From NCBI GenBank assembly GCA_002724825.1, contig PBPU01000032.1, positions 12,319 through 56,979 on the forward strand: a stretch of DNA of 44,661 bases. Direction: 5' to 3'. A model generated the notes under the pieces. It had not been told where the DNA came from. It ran no database searches and saw nothing but the letters and a program-made list of their open reading frames with translations. A program made the translations under genes and the position numbers. How positions within the stretch are numbered: position 1 is the stretch's first letter; each line of letters opens with the position of its first letter. This document shows positions 1 through 9,861 of this stretch, piece by piece. This DNA is from Acidimicrobiaceae bacterium (GTDB lineage Bacteria > Actinomycetota > Acidimicrobiia > Acidimicrobiales > UBA8592).

Positions 1-618
1 TTTGACGTTTCTGATAAGACAGACCCCCGCGAAACGGCAACATGGACAATGAATGACGCTAATTCACCAGCTGAATCGGACCACCGGGCCTTCCAGATTT
101 ACGGGCAGACAATAATACTTCCCGTACAAAGCTGGTCAGGAAACTTTAACGGAGCTGTGCTCCTTGAGGTAGGCGAAGGAAAGATTTCATATGTAGGTGA
201 AATCACCCATGAAACCGAATCGACGGAGCCAGTAAGTGACTGCCGTGAACTCACAGCTAACGAATTTGAAGGAACAGAAATCGAATTCTGGATCGAAAAT
301 GCTGGCAGCTACTACCAACTCTGCAGCGCTACCGACACTGGAGGCTATGGGGAGGACTCTTGGTGCGAATCAATTCCGCTATCTGAACTAGATAATTGGT
401 TCGGTCGAGAAAGTGAAGAAATCAGTACAGTTCTTCTAGAAATTGGAGCTGTAGATGGTGACCGTATTGAAGAATGCTGGGTACAGCCTTTCGATTGGAA
501 TTTGCAGATCCAACGAAGCCTCATAATTAACGATGTTCTTTGGACTATGAGTTGGGGACAACTCCAATCGAACTTACTTGACGGGCTTGAAACTACATCA
601 GTAGTCCCTATTGATTAG
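1..618 (+). CDS. C-terminal part of a beta-propeller domain protein (Beta_propel/PF09826-like); 5' end lies outside the window
   Basis: The frame is open from base 1 (FDVSDKTDPRETATWTMNDANSPAESDHRAF). The FDVSD...S.A..DH.AF motif and terminal RSLIINDVLWTMS are typical of the family's C-terminus. Confidence 0.7.
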   Translation, partial: FDVSDKTDPRETATWTMNDANSPAESDHRAFQIYGQTIILPVQSWSGNFNGAVLLEVGEGKISYVGEITHETESTEPVSDCRELTANEFEGTEIEFWIENAGSYYQLCSATDTGGYGEDSWCESIPLSELDNWFGRESEEISTVLLEIGAVDGDRIEECWVQPFDWNLQIQRSLIINDVLWTMSWGQLQSNLLDGLETTSVVPID

Positions 619-629
619 AAGAACTTAAA

Positions 630-661
630 AGAGAAGGCGCCACCGAGGTGGCGCCTTCTCT
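630..661. terminator. Perfect GC-rich hairpin, probable intrinsic terminator
   Basis: AGAGAAGGCGCCAC-CGAG-GTGGCGCCTTCTCT starts 12 nt after the stop at 618. The A-tract at 627-630 gives a U-tail on the minus strand. Confidence 0.8.
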
Positions 662-758
662 ACCCCATCGGTAAAATGGGGTTCAAGGGTTGGAATGCCA
701 TTTTAACGGCTATTCGACCTGTCGCATTGAGCCCAGAACCCTATAAAGTCAGAATGAT

Positions 759-1148
759 ATGAAAATACTTCGCAAACTTATTAAATTCGCAGCTATAGCA
801 GCCGTAATTGCCTTTATCGTGGCGCGATTGCGAAGCCGAGCTGCTGAGGGGGATCAAGACGAAGATGAAGGTGACTTTAGCTGGCCTCCTATAAACCTAA
901 CTGATTCCGAGGAACCTGCTGATACTACGTTGACCGAGCCGACTGATGGAAGTCCTCTGGAGCCGCGAAATTGGTTGACGTGCGATGCTAGTGGCGACTG
1001 CCCTGCTTCACATCCGGTCAAGGCCAAAGACGGCAGTGGCCTATACCATGTGCCCGGAGGTAACGCTTACGAACGCACAATCCCTGACAGGTGCTATACC
1101 TCATCGGAGGATGCTGAATCGGATGGGTACCGTCCCGCTCAACGGTAA
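759..1148 (+). CDS. Small membrane-anchored protein with acidic linker and C-terminal 'sunset'/Ada-metal-binding-like domain
   Basis: Basic N-terminus plus hydrophobic helix (FAAIAAVIAFIVA), D/E/P-rich linker, then CPASHPVKAKDGSGLYHVPGG..YERT.PDRCY.S.EDAE.DGYR. Confidence 0.65.
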   Translation: MKILRKLIKFAAIAAVIAFIVARLRSRAAEGDQDEDEGDFSWPPINLTDSEEPADTTLTEPTDGSPLEPRNWLTCDASGDCPASHPVKAKDGSGLYHVPGGNAYERTIPDRCYTSSEDAESDGYRPAQR

Positions 1149-1161
1149 ACGAAAACTGGGA

Positions 1162-2727
1162 TTACAAGTTCAGAACCGAGCACCTCGTTACTCCATCCGT
1201 TTGCATAAGTAGTTCAGCAATATCATTTGGGACTTCATCTTGTGTTGAAATTACCATTAACGCCCCGAGGCCATCCTTACTTCGGCCGACGTTCATATCA
1301 ACAATATTAATTTTCTCTTCACCCAAAATAGTTCCTACTTTCCCTATCACCCCTGGCCGATCATCATTTCGAAGAATAACCATATGCGTGCTTGGCGGCA
1401 TATCAACTGTGTGATCATCAACCATTACTATCCGAGCTTCGCCCTTTAAACCCACAAGCGTTCCTGCTATCGCATGGCCGCCTCCTCGAATAGTGACCGT
1501 GTTGACGTAATCAGCGGATGAAGTAGTGGTTGTCGAACGTATCTGAACGCCATGGTCTTTTGCGACACCGATAGCATTCACATAAGAAATGGGCTGATCG
1601 ACAATTCCCGCAAGAAGTCCTTTAACCGCAGAGAGTTCTGTAATTTTGTTATCGTATCCTCCGATTTCCCCTGCGAATTCTATTTCGACTATCTCAGGGA
1701 GTTCATTCAAAAGCCCAGAGAATATTGCCCCAAGCTGTTCTGCTAGAGGAAGGAAGGGACGAACGGTTTCAGCAGCTTCGGTTGCTGCCACGTTGACGGC
1801 ATGAGGAACAAAATCGCCAAGAAGAGCTAGCTCTACCTGTTCAGCAATTGACTCTCCAGCTTTGTCCTGCGCCTCGGTAGTGCTAGCTCCAAGATGCGGA
1901 GTTACCACTATTTGTGGCAGAGAGAAGAGCGGAGATTCAGTGACCGGTTCATTCTCGAATACGTCGATCGCCGCCCCAGCAATGTTTCCCGTTGTAACCG
2001 CTTCAGCCAAGTCAACCTCGTTAACGATTCCACCTCTAGCAACATTAATTATCCTTAGAGAGGGCTTCGCAAGGGAAAGCAGCTCTGCGTTAATAAGATT
2101 TTCTGTCTCCGGTGTTTTTGCTACATGGATTGTTAAGAAATCCGAAACTTGTATCAGCTCCTCTAAGGACATTAGTTGGACTGACAATTGACGGGCCCTC
2201 TCGGTAGCAACGAATGGGTCATATGCAACAAGATTCATCCCGAAAGCAAGTGCACGCTGAGCCACCAATTTACCAATTCTTCCGAGGCCTATAATACCGA
2301 GAGTTTTATCCGCAAGTTCGACGCCCGTCCATTCATTACGCTCCCATCTTCCACTCTTCAACGCAGAATTTGCTTGCGGAATATTACGCGCTTGGGCAAG
2401 TATCAAAGCAATTGTGTGTTCTGCCGCTGAAAGGATATTTGACTTTGGAGCATTGACAACCATAACTCCTTGCTCGGTAGCCGCATTAACGTCTACGTTG
2501 TCAAGACCAATTCCGGCTCTACCAATTACCAACAACTTCTCACCGTTCTTGATAACTTCCTTCGTGATAGTTGTCGCCGAGCGAATAATCACAGCGTCAG
2601 CATCCCTAACTTCAGCTAACAGGTCCTCTTCAGATAAATTGAGCTTTACATCAACATCATGACCTGCTTCACGTAGCCGCTCGATTCCAGCGTCAGCGAT
2701 TTTCTCAGTTATTAAGACACGTGCCAT
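1162..2727 (-). CDS. serA: D-3-phosphoglycerate dehydrogenase (long form with ASB and ACT domains)
   Basis: GRAGIGLDNVD, GLGRIG Rossmann motif, NVARGG, TPHLGAST.EAQ and C-terminal ACT (NDDRPGVIG). The second ATG (2727) is preferred because a TAGATT -10 lies 6 nt upstream. Confidence 0.97.
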   Translation of the reverse strand: MARVLITEKIADAGIERLREAGHDVDVKLNLSEEDLLAEVRDADAVIIRSATTITKEVIKNGEKLLVIGRAGIGLDNVDVNAATEQGVMVVNAPKSNILSAAEHTIALILAQARNIPQANSALKSGRWERNEWTGVELADKTLGIIGLGRIGKLVAQRALAFGMNLVAYDPFVATERARQLSVQLMSLEELIQVSDFLTIHVAKTPETENLINAELLSLAKPSLRIINVARGGIVNEVDLAEAVTTGNIAGAAIDVFENEPVTESPLFSLPQIVVTPHLGASTTEAQDKAGESIAEQVELALLGDFVPHAVNVAATEAAETVRPFLPLAEQLGAIFSGLLNELPEIVEIEFAGEIGGYDNKITELSAVKGLLAGIVDQPISYVNAIGVAKDHGVQIRSTTTTSSADYVNTVTIRGGGHAIAGTLVGLKGEARIVMVDDHTVDMPPSTHMVILRNDDRPGVIGKVGTILGEEKINIVDMNVGRSKDGLGALMVISTQDEVPNDIAELLMQTDGVTRCSVLNL

Positions 2728-2779
2728 CATTCTAATCTAGAAGGTCTTGCACTAATAAGGGCAACAATTTACCTATATG

Positions 2780-2823
2780 TACTTACAATAAGTATTTGGT
2801 ATATCTGGTGATTTCTTCACCAG
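2780..2823. promoter_or_regulatory. Inverted repeats in the serA/amidohydrolase divergent region
   Basis: TACTTA-CAA-TAAGTA (2780-2794) overlaps a TACAAT -10-like hexamer. Hairpin CTGGTGA-TTTCT-TCACCAG lies at 2805-2823. Confidence 0.4.
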
Positions 2824-2849
2824 CACTATTTACAGCAAAGGATAGCGGT

Positions 2850-4031
2850 GTGGCTGACTTGAATTTCAGTGCGTTCGATTGTGATCATCAATATTACGAG
2901 GCCGAAGATGCATTCACTCGCTATATGGACCCTCAGTTAAAAAGTCGCGGGATCCAATGGTCAGAGATAAACGGCAAAAGAAGACTTTTGGTTGGAGGAA
3001 AAATTAATCGCTTCATTCCAAATCCGACGTTTGATCCAATCGCCCAGCCAGGATGTCTAGACGCTTACTTTCGAGGCAGAGTATCGGTCTCAGATATTCG
3101 TGACGCATTTGGAGACCTAGAACCCATTGCTGAACGACCTGAATACCGAGATAAAGACGCTAAGATCAGGAAACTTGACGAGCAAGGAATAGAGGGATGT
3201 TTTCTCTTCCCCACATTAGGGGTTGGGATGGAATCTGCTCTCGAAAACGATATCCCCGCATTAGCAGCAGCCTTTACAGCATTCAATAGATGGCTCCTAG
3301 AAGATTGGGGATTCAATTACAAAGAGCGACTCTTCGCCGCCCCCTATATCACGCTCGCAAATGTAGACAACGCCATCAGAGAACTAGAATTTGCCATAGA
3401 AAATGATGCTCGGCTGATCAATCTGCGAGCTTCTGCCGTAACAACCCACGATGGGAAAAAGAGTCCCGCCGACAAAGTATTTGATCCATTTTGGGAACAA
3501 GTCAACGATTCAGGACTAACTGTGGCCTTTCATGCGGGAGATGCTGCATACGACTTTATGTTTGCCCACTGGGGACTGACCACAGAGTTTGAAGCATTCC
3601 GATACGATCCTCTTAAAAGATTGCTCAACTACTCCAATATCGCAGATACAGTAGCAGCACTAATTGGCGGTGGGTTATTTAACAGATTTCCCAACATACG
3701 TGTCTGCACTATAGAGAATGGCTCAGATTGGGTGAGCGGGCTAGTGAAGCGCTTAGAAAAAGCTTACAAGCAAGCAAGTTATGCATTCCCTTCTGACCCT
3801 GTTGAGCTATTTCGAAACCATATCTGGGTAGCTCCTTACTATGAAGACGACCTTCTAGACCTTCGAGATCTCTTGGGCGTAGATCACATTCTCTTCGGGT
3901 CTGACTTCCCCCATGCTGAAGGACTAGCTGAACCTACCGAATTCATCCACGACCTACAGGGTTTCAATGAACAAGAAATTAAAAAAATCATGTACCTAAA
4001 TGGGAAGAACTTAGTTTCACCCAATGCTTGA
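2850..4031 (+). CDS. Amidohydrolase family 2 (metal-dependent TIM-barrel hydrolase/decarboxylase)
   Basis: FDCDHQYYE, FPTLG, VAFHAGD, IENG and LFGSDFPHAEG motifs. The GTG at 2850 follows an AAAGGA RBS. Confidence 0.88.
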   Translation: MADLNFSAFDCDHQYYEAEDAFTRYMDPQLKSRGIQWSEINGKRRLLVGGKINRFIPNPTFDPIAQPGCLDAYFRGRVSVSDIRDAFGDLEPIAERPEYRDKDAKIRKLDEQGIEGCFLFPTLGVGMESALENDIPALAAAFTAFNRWLLEDWGFNYKERLFAAPYITLANVDNAIRELEFAIENDARLINLRASAVTTHDGKKSPADKVFDPFWEQVNDSGLTVAFHAGDAAYDFMFAHWGLTTEFEAFRYDPLKRLLNYSNIADTVAALIGGGLFNRFPNIRVCTIENGSDWVSGLVKRLEKAYKQASYAFPSDPVELFRNHIWVAPYYEDDLLDLRDLLGVDHILFGSDFPHAEGLAEPTEFIHDLQGFNEQEIKKIMYLNGKNLVSPNA

Positions 4032-4060
4032 AACAGAAAGCAAAGGAAACTGCACTAATA

Positions 4061-4870
4061 ATGTCATTTCAAGATCACATAGCGCTTGAACAAATTACTA
4101 CTGGAGAATACAGCGTAACGATTCATGACAAGTACTGGATAGTCGCAGGCCCTAATGGAGGTTACCTAGCAGCATTATTTGCAAATGCCGGCAACCTCCA
4201 CCTCAATTCTCCAGAGCGACAACTAAGAAGCCTGACAACCCATTTCCTCTTACCCCCAAAATTGGGGGAAGCTAAGATCTCCGTGAAGACAGTCCGCAGT
4301 GGCAGGCTTATCGATTTTCTCAGACTCGAACTAATCCAGAATGACAGAACTTTATTACTGGCAACCGGCGTATGGGGAGCTGCAGGGGAAAGTCCTCCTA
4401 AGCCTCAATTGAAAATTCCTGAAGTCCCTTCTCCAGATGAATGCACTCCTATCGATAAAATCATCGAGCACCCAATTCGACTTCGTGAGCAGTGGGAAAC
4501 GAGATCTGCCATGGGTGCAAAATTAACTCGGGACACCATCGGACAACAGAGGCAAGAAGCAGAGCTTTCATGGTGGATACGCCCTGTGGAACCTACACTC
4601 ACAGGAACTCCTTTGATAGTTGCGATTTCGGATGCTCTACCTCCACCTATTTTTGCTATGTCCCCCCAAATACAATTTGTTCCCACGGTTGACTTAACTG
4701 TTCATATTAGGGCAGAGGTCAGCACTGTCGATTGGCCATCAGCCGAATGGGTACTCGTAAGATTCGCAACCCGCCATATCTCCCATGGATACCTTGAAGA
4801 AGACGGGCAAATATGGCTTCAAGATGGAACGCTTCTAGGAATGAGCAGGCAACTATCAGTTGCTAAGTAG
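4061..4870 (+). CDS. Double hotdog acyl-CoA thioesterase (TesB-like)
   Basis: GPNGGYLAA, SDALPP, PTVDLTVH, GYLEEDGQIW...SRQL. The start is ATG 4061 or TTG 4028 (overlapping the upstream stop). Confidence 0.85.
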   Translation: MSFQDHIALEQITTGEYSVTIHDKYWIVAGPNGGYLAALFANAGNLHLNSPERQLRSLTTHFLLPPKLGEAKISVKTVRSGRLIDFLRLELIQNDRTLLLATGVWGAAGESPPKPQLKIPEVPSPDECTPIDKIIEHPIRLREQWETRSAMGAKLTRDTIGQQRQEAELSWWIRPVEPTLTGTPLIVAISDALPPPIFAMSPQIQFVPTVDLTVHIRAEVSTVDWPSAEWVLVRFATRHISHGYLEEDGQIWLQDGTLLGMSRQLSVAK

Positions 4871-4882
4871 CTCAATATAGCC

Positions 4883-6817
4883 CTATGAACCCCTTACTAT
4901 TTCAACTGGCTCTATGTCATCAGCAGGTGTAAAACCGAAAATTTGGGAAAAGAATGAGTACTCAGCCTCCAGAGCAGCCACAATATTTTCGGCCTTCCTA
5001 AATCCATGGCCCTCTCCATCAAAGAGAAGATACGAATATGGTATATTTTTTTCTTTTAATGCCGAGACGATATGGTCCGCCTGATTCTGAGGAACCACGG
5101 CATCGTCCGTTCCTTGGAGAATGATCATCGGACGGGTGAATTTTTCTGAATGGTGAATTGGAGAACGTGCAACGTAAGTACTTCGCTCATCTGGGTATGG
5201 GCCTATCAATCGGTCAAGATATCGAGACTCAAATTTATGCGTGTCAAGTGCAAGGGTTTCAAGGTCAGCAACACCATACCTACTAGCCCCTGCAGAGAAA
5301 GTTGAGTGAAATGCTAGAGCTGCGAGGACGGTAAACCCTCCTGCACTTCCTCCTTTAATGGCTAGCCGATTTGGGTCAGCAAGCGCTTCTGTAACGAAGT
5401 ACTCTGCTGCGTCAACGCAATCTTGAACATCTTTTATGCCCCATTCCCCATCCAATTCTTCCATATAGCTGCGACCAAACCCGGTGCTCCCTCGGTAATT
5501 TACATCAACAACCGCCCATCCACGACTAGTCCAGTACCGTAAGCCTAATTGCAATTCGTTCCGCGCCGATCCTGTAGGTCCCCCGTGCGCTAGGACAAGA
5601 AGAGGAGGGGCTTCGTTGTCTGTACCGGCATACTCAGGGTGGGCAGGAGGATAGTAGAGAGCGTATGCCTCTCCCTCATCAGAGGTAGGAAACACATGGA
5701 GTGCCGGAGTCGGCAAAAACTCCTCATGTAATTCGTGAGATTTTGGATGGTGAATTATTTCTTTTTGCGGCGCTGCTTGAATAATTGTGGGGCCAGATTG
5801 GTGAGTTGAGGCCAAAATTATTGGAGAGCCGGATGATGAACATCTAACCGTATGGATGGTCGCCGAGCTATGAACGACTGTGTCTACTGTTTTGCTAATC
5901 AATAAATCACCCTGAGTATTGCGGGCAGCGAGAAAAATTTCTTCGGCATCGGTAATCACATACCTCGATTGTCCAAGGGCCCATAAGGGGCCAGCTATAT
6001 CAAAATCGCCGCCGTATTCAAGAACACTCCCCTCAGGACTAAACCGATACAGGTTTGACCACCCTGACCGGTCACTCAAAAAAAAGAGATTAGTGTCATG
6101 CGACCATTCAGGTTGCAAGATAGATTCATCTACCCCACCCTCAACCTTCTTTGCGTTCGTTACATCTCCATCTTCTAGTCGGCCAACCCACAATTCAGTT
6201 CCGTACCATGGCATAGATGGATGAATCCATTGCACCCATGCGAGAAATTCTCCATCCGGCGAAGGACGAGGAAACGCATAGAAGTCAGCTCCAACAACTA
6301 ATTCCCTTATTCCAAAACTGCCATCGGTCGCTATTGAAACAATTTGATTATCTGGCTCTACCACTACCCCATCATCGAAATGGAAGTGAACTTCTCGGAT
6401 GCACACTATGGAAGCACCATCGTGCATTATCCGTCCATCAGCGAATCTCCATGATTGATGCTCAGGTGGCTCAGGGGTCAGGACCTCGATCTTCCCTTCC
6501 GAAGAAATTCGTCGGATACGTTGATCTCGGAATTCAACGTAATAGAGAAAGGCATTAGCGACAAACCATGCACCACCTCCATATTCATGAACTCTTGAGC
6601 GGACATTTGCATCAGGAGGGGTAACTTCATAAGGCCGCCCGTTTTTAGGGCGAAGCATAATCGCGATCCGACCACCTTCGTCCGGCCTTGATTCTGACCA
6701 CCACACATCTTCTCCATCAACAAAAATATCAATAGCGGTCGAGACACCTTCGACTAGGGAATGAGCGGATATAGGGGAAGGCCAACTGCCGTAGGGAAGT
6801 CTTTTGGAAGACTGCAT
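4883..6817 (-). CDS. S9 family (prolyl oligopeptidase/acylaminoacyl) peptidase
   Basis: PYGSW.SPI N-terminus, HGGPT, NYRGSTGFG, nucleophile GGSAGG, QG.DD.VVP and EGHGF. Confidence 0.93.
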   Translation of the reverse strand: MQSSKRLPYGSWPSPISAHSLVEGVSTAIDIFVDGEDVWWSESRPDEGGRIAIMLRPKNGRPYEVTPPDANVRSRVHEYGGGAWFVANAFLYYVEFRDQRIRRISSEGKIEVLTPEPPEHQSWRFADGRIMHDGASIVCIREVHFHFDDGVVVEPDNQIVSIATDGSFGIRELVVGADFYAFPRPSPDGEFLAWVQWIHPSMPWYGTELWVGRLEDGDVTNAKKVEGGVDESILQPEWSHDTNLFFLSDRSGWSNLYRFSPEGSVLEYGGDFDIAGPLWALGQSRYVITDAEEIFLAARNTQGDLLISKTVDTVVHSSATIHTVRCSSSGSPIILASTHQSGPTIIQAAPQKEIIHHPKSHELHEEFLPTPALHVFPTSDEGEAYALYYPPAHPEYAGTDNEAPPLLVLAHGGPTGSARNELQLGLRYWTSRGWAVVDVNYRGSTGFGRSYMEELDGEWGIKDVQDCVDAAEYFVTEALADPNRLAIKGGSAGGFTVLAALAFHSTFSAGASRYGVADLETLALDTHKFESRYLDRLIGPYPDERSTYVARSPIHHSEKFTRPMIILQGTDDAVVPQNQADHIVSALKEKNIPYSYLLFDGEGHGFRKAENIVAALEAEYSFFSQIFGFTPADDIEPVEIVRGS

Positions 6818-6822
6818 CTCAA

Positions 6823-8025
6823 CTAGCTTTGGAAAAGGTCCATAACTCTTTGGATCCCTTCCTCAAGCTCCTCATCTCCAAGAGCAAATGAGATCCTCGC
6901 GTAACCCGGAGCTCCAAACGCTTCTCCGGGAACTAGAGCCACATGCACCTCCTCCAAAAGTATCTCGGCAAGCTCAAGAGTTGTCTCAGGAGTCCGACCC
7001 CGCAACGACCGACCCAGAACACCTTCAAAACTCGGAAAGGCGTAGAACGCCCCTTGAGGTTCAAGAAGAGAAACCCCTTGAGTTTCGGAAAGCATTGTAA
7101 ATACCACTTGGCGGCGCCTATCGAATGCTTCTCGCATTCTCGCTACATCATCGAGAGGACCAGAAACTGCTGCGAGCGCAGCGCGCTGCGAAACATTTGA
7201 AACGTTTGAAGTTTGGTGCGACTGCAGTGTTGAAGCTGCTTTAGCAATGTCAGGAGGCGCAATTATCCAGCCAACTCGCCAACCCGTCATAGCATAAGTC
7301 TTAGCTACTCCATTAAGAACCACGCATCGATCCTGAATTTCAGGAACAAGAGTAGGCATTGAAAAGTGTTTGCTTTCTCCGTAGACCAAATGCTCATAAA
7401 TTTCATCGGTGATAACCCAAATACCATTATCTGAAGCCCACCTGCCGATTTCCTCTACTTCATCCTTTGGATAAACTACCCCAGTCGGATTTGACGGAGA
7501 ACAAAAGATTAAGGCTTTCGTCCTATCTGTTTTTGCTGCTTCAAGTTGATCCACTGATACACGAAATCCAGATTCTGCAGAAGTGTGAATAACTTTCGTC
7601 ACCGCACCGGCGAGAGCTATTGGCTCTGGATAAGTTGTCCAATATGGAGAGGGAAGTAGAACTTCATCTCCTGCATCAAGGAGGACTTGCATACAGTTAT
7701 ACACGGCATGCTTTCCTCCATTAGTGACTACCACTTGGTCCGGTGCAACTATCAAACCTGAGTCACGTTCAGTTTTTTCAGCTAGCGCTTCTTTAAACTC
7801 TGGCAAACCGCCGGCAGGGCTATACCGGTGATTAACAGGGTCAGAAATTGCTTCTTTTGCTGCCTCCACAATGTGTTCTGGCGTTGGGAAGTCTGGCTCT
7901 CCAGCACCGAACCCTATTACCGGAGCACCAGCCGACTTCAGTTCTTTTGCTTTATTTGTAACAGCGAGCGTGGCAGATGGCGATATAGCCCCAACACGTG
8001 TTGATACACGAGATCGATCAGACAA
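6823..8025 (-). CDS. aspC: Aspartate aminotransferase (PLP class I/II)
   Basis: GAGEPDF.TP, SPSNPTG, DEIYE and [12 protein letters not shown] (PLP lysine). TTG start with GGAGG RBS. Confidence 0.88.
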   Translation of the reverse strand: MSDRSRVSTRVGAISPSATLAVTNKAKELKSAGAPVIGFGAGEPDFPTPEHIVEAAKEAISDPVNHRYSPAGGLPEFKEALAEKTERDSGLIVAPDQVVVTNGGKHAVYNCMQVLLDAGDEVLLPSPYWTTYPEPIALAGAVTKVIHTSAESGFRVSVDQLEAAKTDRTKALIFCSPSNPTGVVYPKDEVEEIGRWASDNGIWVITDEIYEHLVYGESKHFSMPTLVPEIQDRCVVLNGVAKTYAMTGWRVGWIIAPPDIAKAASTLQSHQTSNVSNVSQRAALAAVSGPLDDVARMREAFDRRRQVVFTMLSETQGVSLLEPQGAFYAFPSFEGVLGRSLRGRTPETTLELAEILLEEVHVALVPGEAFGAPGYARISFALGDEELEEGIQRVMDLFQS

Positions 8026-8166
8026 TTTTCCTCCGTTAAGTTCAGTTTCACTATCTTGGTATATCTTCAGGACGAATGCAGATCATTTCATTGTTTTGAA
8101 AGAAGTTTTGTTGTTTTTCCTCTTTCACTTCGCCACCTGCCTAGGGAAGCAGAGTAGATTTTTGTT

Positions 8167-9297
8167 ATGGCAAGAACCGAATCAATCAGAGTACCTGCAG
8201 AACTTCTCCCCAACGATGGGAGATTTGGGAGCGGGCCATCTTTAGTTAGGAAAGAAGCAGTAAGCTCGCTAGCGGAAATCTCACAGAGTTATCTCGGAAC
8301 AAGCCATCGCCAAGGCCCTGTCAAAGGGATGGTCCAGAGACTCCAAGAAGGGATGGCCGCCTTATTTCAGATACCTGATGACTGGGAAATACTCTTGGGA
8401 AATGGTGGAGCTACTCTGTTTTGGGATGCTGCGACCTTCGGACTGATTCGGGAGAAAAGCCAACATCTGGTATTTGGCGAATTTTCTTCAAAATTCTCTC
8501 AGGCTGCTCTGAGTGCTCCGCACTTGAGTGATCCGGAGATTTTGACTTCTGAATTTGGATCTGCACCTTCTCCATCACCATCGAACGTTGACTTCTACGC
8601 TTTGACACAGAATGAGACTTCAACTGGGGTCACTATTCCATTGATAAGACCAGAAGGGGTGACAGTGGAAAAAGCTATTGTGGCTGTAGATGCTACTTCG
8701 GCTGCAGGGGGAATGCCTTGGGACCCAGAAGAAGTTGATTGTTACTATTTCTCTCCGCAAAAAAGCTTTGCTAGTGATGGTGGGCTATGGATTGCTGCTT
8801 GCTCACCAGCTTGCATCGACCGCATTGAAGAAATTTCAAATACTGGCCGTTGGGTTCCCGCTGGACTTGATTTAAAAATTGCTTTGGAGAACAGCAGAAA
8901 GAATCAGACATATAATACTCCGGCACTTTCTACGATTTACCTTACAGTTCATCAAGTCGAATGGATGAACGAACAAGGTGGCCTCGAATGGGCTAGCGGA
9001 CGTTGTCATGAGTCTTCTACCCATCTGTACAAATGGGCTGAAAGCCATGAGTATGCTGAGCCCTTTGTAAGCAGCAAGAGTTTACGAAGCCCAGTGGTAG
9101 TCACAATAGATATTGATGAAAGGGTATCTGCCGATACCTTGGTCACAGCTTGCAGAGAGAACGGGATTTTGGATATTGGGGGCTATAGGAAAATTGGGCG
9201 TAATCAGATTCGAGTCGCTACGTTTCCAGCTATTGAACCCGTCGATATAAAAGCATTAACGAACAGTCTTGATTATCTAATGGAGTCACTCCTCTGA
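8167..9297 (+). CDS. serC: Phosphoserine aminotransferase, actinobacterial type
   Basis: DGRFGSGPS, GTSHRQ, NETSTG, DATS, SPQK (PLP lysine), QTYNTP and YRKIGRNQ. Confidence 0.95.
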   Translation: MARTESIRVPAELLPNDGRFGSGPSLVRKEAVSSLAEISQSYLGTSHRQGPVKGMVQRLQEGMAALFQIPDDWEILLGNGGATLFWDAATFGLIREKSQHLVFGEFSSKFSQAALSAPHLSDPEILTSEFGSAPSPSPSNVDFYALTQNETSTGVTIPLIRPEGVTVEKAIVAVDATSAAGGMPWDPEEVDCYYFSPQKSFASDGGLWIAACSPACIDRIEEISNTGRWVPAGLDLKIALENSRKNQTYNTPALSTIYLTVHQVEWMNEQGGLEWASGRCHESSTHLYKWAESHEYAEPFVSSKSLRSPVVVTIDIDERVSADTLVTACRENGILDIGGYRKIGRNQIRVATFPAIEPVDIKALTNSLDYLMESLL

Positions 9298-9839
9298 GCA
9301 CTGCAGGAAAACTCCTTATCGCAAGTCCGCTTATGGGCGATCGAAATTTTAAAAGGTCTGTGATTCTGATGATCGAGCACACACGTTCCGGGGCGATTGG
9401 GCTAGTTCTCAATCAGGCAACGGAAACGGCCAGCGAAGAACTTTTCCCAGAATGGAGCTCCAAAACTAATTCCATTCCAGAGGTATTCGTTGGAGGTCCA
9501 GTTGAGCCGAATTCTTGTCTAGCGCTTGGAAGGTTTATAGGAGAAACTAGCGAACCCCACCACTTCATTTTCTCGAATGTAGGAATTATTGATTTAGGTT
9601 CAGATCCGGATATGTTGCCGGAATCGCTTACGGAGATGAAGATTTTTTCTGGATACTCTGGGTGGAGTTCGATGCAGCTTGATTCAGAGCTTGCAGCAGA
9701 CGCTTGGTTTGTAGTTGAAGCAGATCCGTTTGACGTGTTTAGTTCAAATTATCATGAATTATGGTCGCTAGTCCTTCGAAGGCAGAAAGGACCGATGGCT
9801 TGGTTAGCGAATTATCCTGACGATCCAAAACTTAATTAA
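9294..9839 (+). CDS. YqgE/AlgH (DUF179) family protein
   Basis: NFKRSVIL..EH...GAIGLVLN, FVGGPV, FSGYSGW...QL..EL...AW, LW..VL and P.DPKLN. The probable start is CTG 9294; the first ATG is at 9333. Confidence 0.9.
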   Translation: MSTAGKLLIASPLMGDRNFKRSVILMIEHTRSGAIGLVLNQATETASEELFPEWSSKTNSIPEVFVGGPVEPNSCLALGRFIGETSEPHHFIFSNVGIIDLGSDPDMLPESLTEMKIFSGYSGWSSMQLDSELAADAWFVVEADPFDVFSSNYHELWSLVLRRQKGPMAWLANYPDDPKLN

Positions 9840-9861
9840 TCTGAAAGTTCTTCCAGTGCAA

